The notes under the pieces: generated by a model
Told to the model about the DNA's origin: nothing
Database searches by the model: none
The model's input: the letters and a program-made list of their open reading frames with translations, nothing else
Assembly (NCBI GenBank): GCA_012295275.1
Contig: CM022668.1
Coordinates: 13,888,001-13,952,000, forward strand
DNA length: 64,000 nucleotides
From: Chrysomallon squamiferum
Taxonomy: Eukaryota > Animalia > Mollusca
Direction: 5' to 3'
Part shown: piece by piece, positions 26,709 to 41,352 of the stretch
How the letters are laid out: every line of letters begins with the position of its first letter
Position numbering within the stretch: position 1 is the first letter of the stretch
Program-made: the position numbers and the translations under genes

Positions 26709-26745
26709 ACTTACCTGAAAAAGAAAAAAAAAGAAATTAAAATGT
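26709..26745 (-). other. Candidate recursive splice site (zero-length exon), junction 26715|26714
   Basis: Minus strand cattttaatttcttttttttt...ctttttCAG|GTAAGT. A strong acceptor abuts a perfect donor on the same strand as the LDLa gene. Confidence 0.55.
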
Positions 26746-26822
26746 TATCTGTGTCACCATTTTGTTTTTTAGTTACACTACATAGCAAATAAAATATAAT
26801 AATTATGTAATTTTGTGTGTGT

Positions 26823-26825
<3 letters not shown>

Positions 26826-26918
<93 letters not shown>
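26826..26918 (+). repeat. (CT)n microsatellite
   Basis: Seen directly. Confidence 0.97.
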
Positions 26919-26919
<1 letters not shown>

Positions 26920-27713
26920 ACAATTTACTCAATAATATTATATATAACATGATTTATTTTAATAATTTTCTAAATAACATAATGCTTAACAACATTTATA
27001 TTAGTAACAGTTTTTAAAAAAAATTAAAAATATAACAACATTTGTTCAGGACAATACTCCGAATAACAATAATGTTTCCAAAATAACATGATACAACTAA
27101 CTAACATTATAATTAACGGAGAAATCATTAAAACGGTCTTTGTTTGTCATTCTACGACAGCTGTAGTTGGCCATGTTTGCTGTGCATGATAAAAACAATG
27201 GCAGACTTTCACATTCAGCCATCAAGGTTCAGCAAAAGGGAATTTAGAATTCATTGTTGTGCAAACTTGTACAAATTTTTGTCAACAGTTCAAGCTGAAA
27301 GTGTTAGAACAAATTCAGTTTTGTGAACAATGAATCTGAACAAATTTTTTTGTTTTTATGAATGAATGGTTGTAGTAGGTATGTGATTGACTGAGTGGGT
27401 GACTAGATAGATAGATGAATGAATGAATGAATGAACAAATGAACCGATGAATGGACAAATGAATAGATGTACTTGGAGAGTAAAAACTAAATAATGTAAG
27501 TTTTAATTTTTTATTTTTTTTTTTATTTTCCCCATATCTTGAAACCATTGTAAAACTAATGCATACAACATGTTTCTGTCATTTGGTTTGTCTTATTATT
27601 GATTTAAATAGTTTCTTTCTATTTCTGTTTAAATTCATTTTTAATTTTTTTTTCTAAATTAGAGGATATGGCAGTCAACAGAAAGAAGAACAGTTTGATT
27701 TAGTTTTATATCT

Positions 27714-27744
<31 letters not shown>

Positions 27745-27889
27745 TATATTTATTTACATATTTATTTATTTATTTATTTATTTATTTTTGGTACTTCTGA
27801 TTTTGGTTTTGTTATCTCATTTTCTTTTTATTTTATTTGTCATTATACTATCATACACTTTTTTAAAAATCAAACAATAAATTATAGTA

Positions 27890-28010
27890 GAAATCACTGC
27901 TTCCAAACAAAGAGCTGGTCTTTAGCAGTTAGCAGTAAGTTATCATTTACGTGCACCTTCCACTAAACAGTAAAATAAAAATCATACCACAGTCTTTGTT
28001 AAACCTTTTA
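27890..28010 (-). mobile_element. SINE core fragment
   Basis: ttagcagtaagttatcatttacgtgcaccttccactaaacag...cataccacagtctttgttaaacc resembles the reverse complement of 59880-60005. Confidence 0.55.
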
Positions 28011-28214
28011 TGACTAAAAAATTCTCATGGGAACTGATCAGTAGCAAAACAAATCAGAAATGATGAGGGTTTGTGTATTTATAGGTAAATATTTCTTTAA
28101 TCATTATTTTTATGAAACATAGAAAATTGTATGAAATATTTGACATATACAGGTAGCAGCTGTTGGTACAGTAATAAAGAGAAATAAAACAGTGATTAAT
28201 ACTGATACACACCT

Positions 28215-28256
<42 letters not shown>

Positions 28257-28728
28257 TGTGCGTGTGCACAAGTAAAATATTTTACAGTCCCTATTATAAC
28301 TAGTCAAGTGTGAATCCTTTTAATACAGGATGGCTTTTTTGCCTCAGTCAATATATATAAGATTATTATTATTATTTTTATTTTTTTTTTTTTTTTAAGT
28401 CGTTGAAATACTTATTATTACGATTAAAACAATTTTTTTTTTTTTCTTATTTATTTTATTTATTTATTTTTTTTTTTTTTGTTTTTTTCCCCCTTTGGTA
28501 AGTTTTGACTATACATTTTATTTTACTCTCCTTTTTTTAAATACATTTTTGTTTATTTTTTTATTTATTTATTTATTTTTTTTGTAACAGTGCAATTACT
28601 ATATATTTGTCTACATATGGATAATATATATTTATGTACATTTATATATATCTAGACAAAAGCACTTAAATAATAAATAGCTTTTTGCATGTCTCACTCC
28701 TTATGTCTGCATTTACCTCAGTTCAAAC

Positions 28729-28732
<4 letters not shown>

Positions 28733-28823
<91 letters not shown>
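28733..28823 (+). repeat. (CT)n microsatellite
   Basis: Seen directly. Confidence 0.97.
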
Positions 28824-28826
<3 letters not shown>

Positions 28827-29500
28827 GTGTGTATGTTTTGTTTCAGAAAATAGACAAGACATTTTTTATCACACCATTCTTAAACAGAGCATCTTCCAAA
28901 ATAATCGTCCAAACCATAAAATCAAAATAAGCAAATAAAATCTCCCCACCAACAGACCAACCAACCAACAATACCACAAATAATAACCAAAAAAAAACCC
29001 CCGGATTTTCTGGTTTGAAATATTCTTTCACTTTTGCAATAAATGAATAGTAAACACTTTTTTATTGCGTTTCTCTAATGGTTTACAGTCAAAGTTTGAA
29101 ACGAGAAAATTACCAAGAGAACACAAAATAATAAAAAATAATAATAAAACCCGAACAACAAAACAGTTGCACATGTAAATGTACGATTTAAAACTGGTTC
29201 TAAATTTAAATAACCATTATGTTTTGGAAATTAGCTTCGACCAGAAAAACCAAGAGTAATCCAGTATTTGCATAAATATGACTGATTCGGCTTACAAAAA
29301 GAATCAGATCGCTCAATCACATTCGAATGGCTGGCTGTCGACTGGTCCATGTCTAAGATTTAAGTGTATTGATTGTAGTATTTGTCAGCTGTGTCTGATC
29401 AGGATATATTCACATGGGAAAACCTCACTGACACAATTAGTACAGCTCTCTGAGTGATTATTAAAATACTGCTTAATGTAAGAAAGAATGAGCAAGAGAC

Positions 29501-29502
<2 letters not shown>

Positions 29503-29577
<75 letters not shown>

Positions 29578-29632
29578 CAGAGGCAGAGAGAGAGAGAGAG
29601 GGACAGAGGCAGAGAGAGACAGAGAGAGAGAA
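29503..29632 (+). repeat. (GA)n microsatellite
   Basis: Seen directly. Confidence 0.97.
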
Positions 29633-29747
29633 TAATCACAGTGTATCATAAAAAATTATTGAAGACATGAATAGAGAAAAAAGTTATGAAAGAACAATAA
29701 AAAAATAATATTATAATTAAGTCATTAACACAAACTTACTAGCACTA

Positions 29748-29797
<50 letters not shown>

Positions 29798-30061
29798 TTG
29801 TACAAATGTATAAAGACACACATACACATACAAAAAAAAACACCAAACAAACATGAACAACAAACTCAAGTTTTTTTGTAATATTAAACCATATCTGAAT
29901 TAATCATTACGAATTCCTATTTAACTTCCTTCTTTGTCTAATTTTTACTCTGTGTGTATATTAGTGTACATGTTCATTCACGCTTGAATGAGCAATTCAT
30001 CGAAGCAGAACAAAGTTATCATATGCTATTGACAACAGACGCAAAAGTCAATCTGGGTACA

Positions 30062-30602
30062 CAGTCAAACCTGCTTTAATCAGCACCTTTGTTAAAAGAC
30101 TATAATCTTATTTTCTGTCAACACATATAATATAGAACAGAATGCAAATATATTAAGCAGTCTTAAATAACAAACAACCTGTATTAAGAAGGTGCTTGTA
30201 TTAATAAAAGCACATTTTTATTTTCTTATAAAGTCGAATATTATTAACCAACCTGTTTTAAACAACCACCTCCATTAAGACAACCCTGTTCCAAATTATT
30301 TAAAATACAATAACCTGCATTATATGGCCATACATAAAAAAAAAAAAAAAAAAAAAATGCAACACTCTTTTTATTAAATATCATCCAACACAAACTGACT
30401 TGTGTTAAACAACCACCTGTATAATAGAGGCCATGGTTTTATTTCCAAAAATTAGCTTTCGAACCTGTGTTAGTCAGGCACCTGTGTAAAAAGACCACAC
30501 ATTAATTTTTTCCCTAATTTTGTGTATGAATGAACCTCAATTAAGCAGGCACCTGAGTAAAACAGCCTCTCCAAATGTTGGCTGTTTAAACATGTTTCAA
30601 TG
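30062..30602. mobile_element. pogo/Tigger-like (Tc1-mariner) non-autonomous MITE, ~540 bp
   Basis: Imperfect TIRs: left CAGTCAAACCTGCTTTAATCAGC, right (reverse complement) CATTGAAACATGTTTAAACAGC. Flanked by TA on the right and CA on the left. Multiple internal ACCTGT..TTAA..A.CCACCT subrepeats. Confidence 0.72.
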
Positions 30603-30849
30603 TAGTGTTCAAACAACAACAACAACAACAACTACTACTACAACAAGAGATATTGGCAGTCATATCAGACACTGCACAAGTTATTAGAATCTACTGATTA
30701 AGAGGACAAAAAACAGGTAAGTGAAAAATATGGAGAAGTCTGGGTACAGATTTGTGTTACACGTATATTGATTGATTTTATTGGTTAATATGTAACTGGC
30801 AGACAAAGATTAGAAATATTGATGAAATTTTTTTTTTTCAGTGTTATGA

Positions 30850-30947
30850 TGTATGTGTATATGTAAGTATGTACGTGTGTGTGTGTGTGTATGTATGTAT
30901 ATATGTATGTATGTATGTTTATATGTGTGTGTGTGTATATGTATGTA

Positions 30948-30978
<31 letters not shown>

Positions 30979-30999
30979 ATGTATGTATGTATGTATGTA

Positions 31000-31054
<55 letters not shown>

Positions 31055-31075
31055 GTATATTTGTATGTATGTATG
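30850..31075 (+). repeat. (TG)n/(TATG)n compound microsatellite
   Basis: Seen directly. Confidence 0.95.
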
Positions 31076-31432
31076 CATAATGACCCTTTCCAAAGTCACA
31101 TCAACATTACTTCACACAATAACATTCATTACCATCACCATTATCAACCTATTTATTTTTGCAACTTTTCAACAGCAAAACAAACAAAAATATTCTCTAC
31201 AAGATGGGGAAACTTTTCTTTGTCTGTTGTCATAGCGATGATGCTGAAATTGCCAAACAAGGCTGTTAATTATGTTCTGAGGCTATTAATTGACCTGAGA
31301 GTCCAACATGTCCACAGATTTTAATTTCTTAAGAAGCTGCAGGCACAACTCTGTTATTAGATTCTGTTCCTTCTTGTAAAACCTGACACAAACAAGACCT
31401 ATGCTGCTGCATGAAAATTGTATAGTTACTTA

Positions 31433-31971
31433 GATTTGATAGTTATTAAAATAAGTAGAGTTGTAGATAGTAGTATGTACATGAAGATTTGAAGTTATTT
31501 AGTAGTGGATTTGATAGTTACTTAAATAAGTTATTGTAGATAATAGTGGGTACATGAAGATTTGATAGTTACTTAAATAAGTAGTATTGTAGATAGTAGT
31601 ATGTACATGAAGATTTGATAGTTATTAAAATAAGTAGTATTGTAGATAGTAGTATGTACATGAAGATTTGATAGTTACTTTAGTATTGTAGATAGTATTG
31701 TAAAATTTGATAGTTATTAAAATAAGTAGTATTGTAGATAGTAGTATATGCATAGTTTGATAGTTACTTAAATAAGTAGTATTGTAGATAGTAGTATGTA
31801 CATGAAGATTTGATAGTTACTTAAATAAGTAGTATTGTAGATAGTAGTATGTACATGAAGATTTGATAGTTACTTAAATAAGTAGTATTGTAGATAGTAG
31901 TATGTACGTGAAGATTTGATAGTTACTTAAATAAGTAGTATTGTAGATAGTAGTATGTGTATGTACATGAA
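31433..31971. repeat. 53 bp minisatellite, about 10 copies
   Basis: Unit GATTTGATAGTTACTTAAATAAGTAGTATTGTAGATAGTAGTATGTACATGAA (e.g. at 31807 and 31860). Some units are internally deleted. Confidence 0.96.
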
Positions 31972-32202
31972 AATATTGTCAATCAACTATATCAAGAATT
32001 TGAAATGAGCAACAATACAGACAGTAAAGTGTTAAGGAAATGGTATTATAGAAAGTATTTTTCAAATATATTTATAGAGATGAGTTTTGTAGAAAACAGT
32101 ATGTAAGTTTAGCTAAATTACTATTGTAGAAAATAGAAATTGATTTGTCTATGTTAGTGTTATAGAAAACAGCATCTATATTTAGTTTTCAAGACAGTAG
32201 TA

Positions 32203-32256
<54 letters not shown>

Positions 32257-33743
32257 CCCACTATTTTCAACTGATGCAGACATACAAAAACCTACTTTAT
32301 TTTTAAACAATTGCAGAAATTTTTTTTCAGTTTATACATATAATTACATTCAAAAGAAAAGACAATAAAACAATATTCACACATGCAAAATCCAGCTTTT
32401 ACTAACATCTGTCAAACCATACGTCCTTCCTTCCGTTGACGAAAACAATTATAACAGTACACACACCAACATGACACTCAAGATACATTTTCACAGCCAA
32501 CATCCTAATTTAAAATAATGTCTAGACCTACCTTCTGTAACTCCATTCTTTTTAATACTTTTTATCAGAAGTGGATGATGTACAATGGAAGATGAAAAAG
32601 TGGGTCAGAATGCCGAGATACATTTTAATGACAAATTCTTGTACAAAAGACATAAATCTACTCAACTCATTTGGCTAAACAAGACAACGACACATTTTTT
32701 TTTTTTTTTTTGTTATCTTATTTTATTTTCTTTATTTTTTTTTTTTTTTTTCATTTTTTTTTTTTTGCCCAAAATTGAATTTTTTTTTTTTTTTTTTTTT
32801 TTCCATTTTTTAATAAACCCCAAGAAAATCTCAAACCAATTTTAGGTTTTGCTGATATAGCCGTATCATCAAATTCTCTGTAGATCCATACATCACAAAT
32901 TTATTGAACTTTAAAGACAGAACCATTACAGCATAAAATCTCTCTCATAAATTACTTTCTTTGTCTGTTAAGTTTTCTTTTTCTTCTTCTTTACTTTTTA
33001 TTTATTTATCTGTTTATTATTATTTTTTTTTATTATTTTTTTTTTTTTTTTTTTTTTTTTTTATGCTTTCATTAGATTAAATTATCTCCTCTTTCAGTAA
33101 CTCTTTTTTTTTTTTTTTAATTAAAATAAGAAAAAGAAACATCTGTTAATGAACTATTAAATATTTCAGATTAAAGTATTTTACAATTCTTTCTATTAAA
33201 GAAACAAGCATCAGAAATAAAATAGAATCTTTTTTAAAATATTCATGAAATCAAAACTGAATAACCAAACTTTAGCAAAGCTTCAATTATCTTTAACATT
33301 CTTCTATTATAACACAAAGTATCGGCTCCCAGAAAATAAATTTCAAATAATTAACAGAAAAATGAAAAAAAAATCAACAGCAAAAAAATTCTTTACAAAC
33401 TGCAATTAGATTCACCATAATACCATGAACAACATACCATACTCTGTAATTTTAAATAACAACATCTAAACAAGAAGTGTTTGCAATGCCAGGACTACAA
33501 GAATGTAAATACAGAGAGAGAGCCCATGACTGTGACAGATTTGTGCCGAAGACTTTATTAAAAGCTACAAAATTGATGGGAACAGCACAAGAAATCTGTC
33601 ACTCAGAACGCTCAATTTGTTTTCCGATAAAAACAATTTCTAAACAGCTCTTCCTTTCAGTCGCAAAGATTAATAATAACACAAATAATTAAATGAGAGA
33701 CTGTGCTAACTTTCTCAACTTCAGAGGAAGGGGAGAGGTAGAG

Positions 33744-33845
<102 letters not shown>

Positions 33846-34649
33846 CAATAATTCCTTGGTCTACATTAATAACAACTAAAGAGAATTGAAAAAGAAAATA
33901 CTTTTAACTTCATCCAGTAGTTTCTATTATAAAAATATGATCTGTACACTTGTACAGTATGTGTAGATTATCTATAGTATAAAAACAAATAAATCAAAAA
34001 CAGTACATTTTGATGTTTTGCCTAGTTTATACAATCCTGTGTATGTTTGTATGTGTATGTATGTGTATCTGTATGTGTATCTGTATGTGTATCTGTATGT
34101 GTATCTGTATGCATATGTATAATACATAATTACTCAAACTGAATCGAAAATCAAAAATGGTTTCCCACAAAGCAAAACAGACGAAAATAAACCGTAACAT
34201 GATACCTTGTACATTACAAATAAAACATACACATATATATTATATATACATAAATATACATACAGATATCTTAGATTATTAAATGCCCCTTTCCCTCTCA
34301 ACTCTATAACACATAACACACGCATTTCTATCAGCGATAACCCTCGTTTTTCACTTACCGCGAGTCAGGTGGTGAAACTTTTAACGTTTAATGTACCTGT
34401 CAATTGTTAGAAGCAATTTATTATGTCATGAGGGCAAGTAAACAGACATGAATGTACTAGAATGCGAGGAATACATAATCTCTTAGAGCTGGGAGTTCAC
34501 AGTTTCTGCAGTGGGTGTGACACAAACTGGGTCAGGGTAGAAAAATATCTCACCTGATGGAAACTGCAGTTTTGTTTTCCTTGATAAATGTTACAGTTAT
34601 TCTTTTGTGATGTTTTATAAGAAATGAGAGAAGGATGGAGAAGAAAGGA

Positions 34650-34651
<2 letters not shown>

Positions 34652-34748
<97 letters not shown>

Positions 34749-34790
34749 TGATGTATAGTGTTTAAAAGTTAAATTTATTGCACATTATCC

Positions 34791-34825
<35 letters not shown>

Positions 34826-35053
34826 AACAAAATGTCTGGTATGTCTATGTGTTTATAATTGACCAACTAACCAGCTGACCAACTGACCAACATAATATAT
34901 ACAAGTCACTGCAAAACATATTTGTGTAATTCACATTCTTTGTCCAAAACCTTCTGTTTTTTAGTATCTGTCTACTTTTTTTTTTCAGTTTTTTTCTCAT
35001 TTCTTGTCTGTTTTCTCATTTCTTTCCTCTTTCTCTCTGACCTCCTTTTACTC

Positions 35054-35113
<60 letters not shown>
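34652..35113. repeat. (GA)n tracts (34652-34821) followed by a (CT)n tract (35057-35113)
   Basis: Seen directly. Confidence 0.93.
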
Positions 35114-35117
<4 letters not shown>

Positions 35118-35309
35118 GTCTGTCTGTCTGTTTATTCCATTCTCTCATACAAATATTTATTTTGATGATACTGTTGGTAATATCAGAAATAACAAACACA
35201 ACCACAACAACAACTGCAATATACAATCAACAATAATAGCAACAGCAGCAGTAGAAGCAAAAACAACATCAGCAGCATTAACTACAGTAACAACAAATGC
35301 AACAGTAAT

Positions 35310-35364
35310 AACACACACACACACAGACACACACACACACACACATACAGACACACACACAAAG

Positions 35365-35396
<32 letters not shown>

Positions 35397-35399
35397 ACA

Positions 35400-35451
<52 letters not shown>

Positions 35452-35458
35452 GACACAA
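35310..35458 (+). repeat. (CA)n microsatellite
   Basis: Seen directly. Confidence 0.95.
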
Positions 35459-35986
35459 ACCTGTCTTTGACAAACTTGTTAAGCAGGTTGTACAGAAGTA
35501 AACACGACGGAAGAAATTTATATTTGTGCATGCACGTAAATCTAACTGTTTGTCATGTTTCACCTGTAGTGTGGTTTAAATGTTAAAATTACACAAATTG
35601 CTTGGTGGGTCCCATTAATTATCTGACACAAGTGAAGTTATTTCTCTCTATGTTAATCTGACGTCTTGCTAAATGAGTGTCTGTGTGTCTTTGTGTCTGT
35701 GTTGTTGTGTATGGTGTGTATATACATATTTGTATATGTATATGTGTTGTGCATGTTTGTATGTAATATATGTGTGTGTGTGTGTGTGTTTAAATTTATG
35801 TATGAATAGTGAATATATCTCTGTGTGTATATAATGTGTAAATATTTAATTCAGTATGTGAATGTGCAAACCTTTTGTGAAATAAAATAAAAATACACAA
35901 TAACTAAATAGATGAGTAGATAATATATGATAACATTCTTTATATTTCTTCTTTTATATTATATATAGTATATATAATTGTTATTA

Positions 35987-36021
<35 letters not shown>

Positions 36022-37124
36022 TAGTTATTACTATTATTATTATTATTATTATTATTATTATCATTATTATTATCATTATTATTTAAACTCAGATAATTTA
36101 ATCTAAATAATCATTACAGCCTTTGGCGATTCTTCAAAATAACATTTTCCACATCAGATCATCTTAAATTCTTATTTCTTTCTCCCGTGACATAACACAA
36201 ACATTTTAGATAATACTATCAACTCTTACCCTGACATAACAAAACTGTCACCCGTCATCAGCATAAGCTTAGTAAGAACACTCCACTGACTGTAAGCAAA
36301 ACGTTAGTAACAGTCTACTGCCGAAGATACTATCTTCTAAACCTCTGTCATAACTATCTGTCAGATGTTACCCAATAACTTGGAGATTTTCATTAGCAGC
36401 TAATGCTATTATTTGGTTATGTATTCAGCTCAATAAATAACTGAGTCATTACTGAGAAGAAGAAAGGCCAACATTTAATTTAAGAGTCTAGTGGCAAGAA
36501 CGGCTCAGTGTCAATGGGGGTATTTCTGTAGATCTGGTCTGGCGAATAGACAGAAAGGAAAATATAAAGCTCTGTTGGTTTTTGTGTAAAGGGTAGGTGA
36601 GGTGGGTCATTAAAGGGCCCCCCCCTGTGGGTTATTATTCAATGATTTGTTCAACTGGTTAGCTGATGATGTTATGACTGAAGCATGCTGGTATGTGATG
36701 TCTGAATATTTTTATTTTTTTATTTTACAGATATATTTAAAGGAAGGGAGAAAAATATGGATAAAAAAGAAAAAAAGAAATACAGAGTGAAAAAAAAAGA
36801 AGAAAGAAGAAACTGTTATATTTCTTTCTTTTTTTCTTTTTTTTTTGCCTGTTCCCAAATCAAATGTCCATGAATAAATACATCAAAGCCTGTTAATTAC
36901 TTTTTTTCTTGTCTATGGAAAGGCGAAGATAAATACTTACTTGCAGCTAATTTGTAATAAGAGCCCACAATGTATGTAGGAGAATGGGTCACCCACATTT
37001 TCTTTTTCTTACAATTTACATTATATGATGAGAATAATCCAGAGCAAGCCATCAAAAAATTCAGTGAGGATAACCACTGACAACAGATCACTAAAATAAA
37101 ATTATTTTTATTAAATGTATAAAA

Positions 37125-37470
37125 GAATGGTGAGAGTAACCCTTGGTAGGTAATTGAAAATGTGAGTAAACTTTACTGGACCATAAAAAAAAAAATGAAT
37201 GTGACCACTGGTAGGCTGTTAAAAATTCAGTGAGAATAACCCTTAGCAAGCGATTCAAAAGTAAGAGTAACCCTTGTAAGGCCACTAAAAAGTGAGAGTA
37301 ACCCTTGGTAGGCCATTCAAAAGTAAGAGTAACCCTTAGCAAGCAATTCAAAAGTAAGAGTAACCCTTGGTAGGCCATTCAAAAGGAAGAGTAACCCTTA
37401 GTAGGCCATTCAAAAGGAAGAGTAACCCTTTGGCCAACTATAAAAATGAGAGTAACCCCTGACAGGCTTC
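37125..37470. repeat. 31 bp minisatellite, about 11 copies
   Basis: Unit AAAAGTAAGAGTAACCCTTGGTAGGCCATTC with variants. Confidence 0.93.
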
Positions 37471-37960
37471 AATGTTATTCCTTCTGTTCTAACTCTACTT
37501 GACAGACTGTAAGAACAACACTGATAATGGTGGACACATTTTAATCATTATTAATCTGAAAATTTTCCCAGGCAATCATCACGCAGGAATGTAATGATTC
37601 AGGGAAACGTGATACCACTAATTTTAATATTTGCAATGGACTCTGATTACTAAACCGAAGGACATTAAAATGAAGTGTTTGTTTAATGAAGAGGCTGACA
37701 AAGTTTAGTCTGGACTAAATTACAAAGCAGAGTGATGTTTGAGGTGTATTTAATATTACTGTGCTGCTTTCGAGAATGTGGGAATGTGTCTGTGAATATG
37801 GATGTAAGGCTTTGTGAGCTTGTGCATATTATGCATGACAGAAAATGTGTGCAGGAATATGTATGATTCAAGTATGTGAGAATGTGTGTGCGTGTGTGTG
37901 TGTGTGAGAACATTTCTGTGTTTGTTTGAGAGAATGCATATGGATGTTAGTGTAACGTTT

Positions 37961-38008
<48 letters not shown>

Positions 38009-38592
38009 TATATATATATATTTGAAAGGTGCATTAAATGTGAACTGAGTGTGTATATATATGTGCGCACACACAGACACACATAACACAGACACCACAC
38101 CAAACAAATTATTCATGTTTACGCCAACTGTTGGTTGTAAATAACTCGAAAGCTATTCACAAATCTTCTTTGTAGACACACAGTGAACCTCTCCAGCTTT
38201 GAAAACAACTGTATTAAAAGGACTGACACTGACAGAGGCCTATAATCATATCTTATACTGCATTACCACTCATCTCATTCACTCTGCTCGAGTCTCTGGA
38301 AACACAGTCGCTTCCTATCCTGGGGGAAGAAATAAATTTAAAAAAAAATGATGTACAGGTTTTCAACATCCCATTGTCCAATTTTTTTTTTTTTTTTTTT
38401 TCCTCAGCAGCTCTTAAACCAGACCTGGGCAGATGCCAAGAGTAAAGAAACAAAAGTTTACTGCATGAATGACTTGAAAAGGACAGGGGACATCACTCTA
38501 AATGACTTTGTTTCTTTTTTTTTTCTTTTTCTTTCTTTTTCTTTCATTTTTTCTTTTTCTTTTCTTTTCTTCTTTTTATTATTATTATTTTT

Positions 38593-38628
<36 letters not shown>

Positions 38629-38714
38629 ATTCTGTTCTAAATCAAGACTACAGAAGCTGAATGGGTTTTGTTTATTTAACAATGTCTGTCTTATGAAGTT
38701 TAAGGTCAGAGTAA

Positions 38715-38790
38715 CTGTTGCTCTGCAGTTAGGTAACAGGCTTGATATGTTGTTAGCTGTGGGTTCGATCCTCATCAATGGATCATTTAT
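38715..38790 (+). mobile_element. tRNA-derived SINE head remnant
   Basis: B box GGGTTCGATCC at 38761 with a degenerate upstream A box; no full tRNA fold. Confidence 0.5.
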
Positions 38791-39397
38791 GTTGGTTTTT
38801 TTTAAACATTTTTCTTTTCTGTTTTCTTGTTTCTTTATTTATTTTTTTATTTATTTTTTTATTTATTTTGTTTTTATTTATTTTTTATTGTTATTATTAA
38901 TTTTTAATTTTTTTTTAATTTTTTTTTTGTTTTTATTTTTTTTTATCAGTAATAGACCCTATGTAAAATCCTTAATTACAAATTATTAAAAGCAGGCAAT
39001 AACAGAAACCAAGAAAATTAAAGGAAGCAGATTTATTTTGTAATCACATGGCTTTTCTTTTTTTCTTAAAAAGATATGGTTTCCCATCTGTATAAAAAAA
39101 TATATTTTAAAAATATGATGACTTTAAACAAATATTCATTCATTTATTCAAGAAATACTGAATTTAACAACCTCTGTCCTGGATTTAAGGTACTGTGTGT
39201 GACTGTGTGTGTGTGTGTGTCTCTCTGTGTGTGTCTGTATGTCTCTCTGTGTGTGTCTGTGTGTCTGTGTGTGTTTATAGAGAGACAGACAGATGGAAGC
39301 AGAGACAGAAAGAGAGAGAGAAAAGTAAAGAGAAAGGCAGAGAAGAAAAAAAAGAGGGCAAAAAATGAATTTGCTAACAACAATAATAATAATAGTG

Positions 39398-39448
<51 letters not shown>

Positions 39449-39900
39449 TATAAAGACGTAATATCATGAGATAATGTAGCATTCATTCAACAGTTCAAGC
39501 ACACACATATCACATCTCAAACATCTTTATCAATGAACATTAAGCCACACACAGGTATATTTAAATCTGCAATTACTCTGAAATAAATACAGTTAACATA
39601 CAAGACTCACAATTGTTTTCTATGTTAGTTTCTTTACAAACTACTATAAACGTAGGTTGTTTTGGGGTGTTTTTTTTTTACCTTCTTAGAAACTGTTTCT
39701 TTGTCTACCTGTCTCTTCTCACTTTCGGGGTCACTGCATTACATCTTCATAAATCTCTACTTTGTTTTGTCACACAGGTGTATCCTGGATTAAATGATGA
39801 CATGTACGGTGAAGTAGTTAATCTGTGCAGACTCCAGCCTTTGTTATTTTTACTGTCTTGTACTTCATTTTCTGCATTGTAGTAATACAATATCTGTATC

Positions 39901-39962
<62 letters not shown>

Positions 39963-40074
39963 ATTTTGTATTTTTTTTTTTTTAAACTTAAAGAAAGGAG
40001 ATGGATGGAAAAGGAAAGAGCAAGAGCAAGACATATATATGAACACAGACACACAAACATACAGAATGAGAAAG

Positions 40075-40311
40075 AGACAGAGACAGACAGAGAGAGAGAG
40101 AGAAAGAGATAGAGAGAGAGAAAGAGAGAGAAAAAGAGAGAGAGAGAGAGACAGAGAAAGAGACAGAGAAAGAGAGAGACAGAGAAAGAAAGAGAGAAAG
40201 AGAGAGACAGAGAGAAAAAGAGAGAGAGAAAGAGAGAGACAGACAGACAGAGAAAGAGACAGAGAAAGAGAGAGACAGAGAAAGAAAGAGAGAAAGAGAA
40301 AGAGAGAGACA

Positions 40312-40343
<32 letters not shown>

Positions 40344-40401
40344 AAGAGAGAAAGAGAGAGAGACAGAGAGAAAGAGAAAGAGAGATAGAGAGAGAGAGAG
40401 A
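40075..40401 (+). repeat. Compound purine-rich (GA/GAAA/GACA) satellite
   Basis: Seen directly. Confidence 0.93.
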
Positions 40402-41261
40402 AGAGTTAAGATTATATAAGCTGGAAAGGCAGAGTGAGAGAGAGAGACAAACAGACAGACAGACAGAAACAGAAAGAAAGAAAAAGAGAAAGAAGGAGAG
40501 AGAGAGATATAGGAAAGGATGAGCAAAGATTAAAGCTTATATATGCTAGGTTTTTTATTAATTTGTTTCATATAATTTCAACTCCACATGCGTAATTACA
40601 TTGGAAGTGGTTGTATATAATCATATAAAAACTAGGTGAATATTACATATATTTTAATATTCTTGAACTCATATAAAATATAAAAACTTTAATAAAATGA
40701 ATAATAAGATTATTCAATACTATTTATAAATTGGATATTTTTGTGTTATGATCAAACTTTTCAGTTAAAAAAATGTTGATAACAACAAGAAAAAGCCACA
40801 AAAAAATAAAAACCCCACAATTTTCACATACTGTTAAAAAACCCAAAGAAACAAACAAATTTAAAAAAAAAAAAAAACAAGAAATAATAATAACAATATT
40901 TAAACTACTGAAAGACAAAAACAACAATCATTACCAAACTAAACAGCACATTTTTACATAAAAGAGCTTCTCTCTCCAAAATAAATACAATCAAAAAACG
41001 ATGAAGAAGAAGAAGAAAAAAAAATGAAGCTAAGAAGAAGAAGAAAACAACCAGAGGCAAAATTTTCCAGCCTATTTTTGTTTTTTTGACCATTTTGGAT
41101 TCCATTTTCTCCTTAATGTTGTTTTTTTGTTGTTGTTTTTTCGCTAAGTGTAATAACAATGTATGGGAAATGTGTTATTACAGTTTAAGAAAAGGAAAGC
41201 GGAGTTTAATGAGTGTCCCTGGGTTATTATTTATCTCTCTCTCTGATAAGGTAAGATGCAC

Positions 41262-41352
41262 TGATGCCTCAGATACTGGTTGTGTGACTGCCTGGGGCTC
41301 TGGAGGTCAATGGATCAATACCATGCACTGGACATTATGAAGCTGTTTTCTA
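41262..41352 (+). mobile_element. SINE head remnant
   Basis: ctggttgtgtgactgcctgggg...ggtcaatggatcaatacc...tggac...agctgttttct parallels the heads at 17995 and 38715. Confidence 0.4.

Noticed and set aside
38715-38790. tRNA gene
   Set aside because: A B box is present but there is no cloverleaf or acceptor stem; better explained as a SINE head. The same applies to 15190 and 17995.
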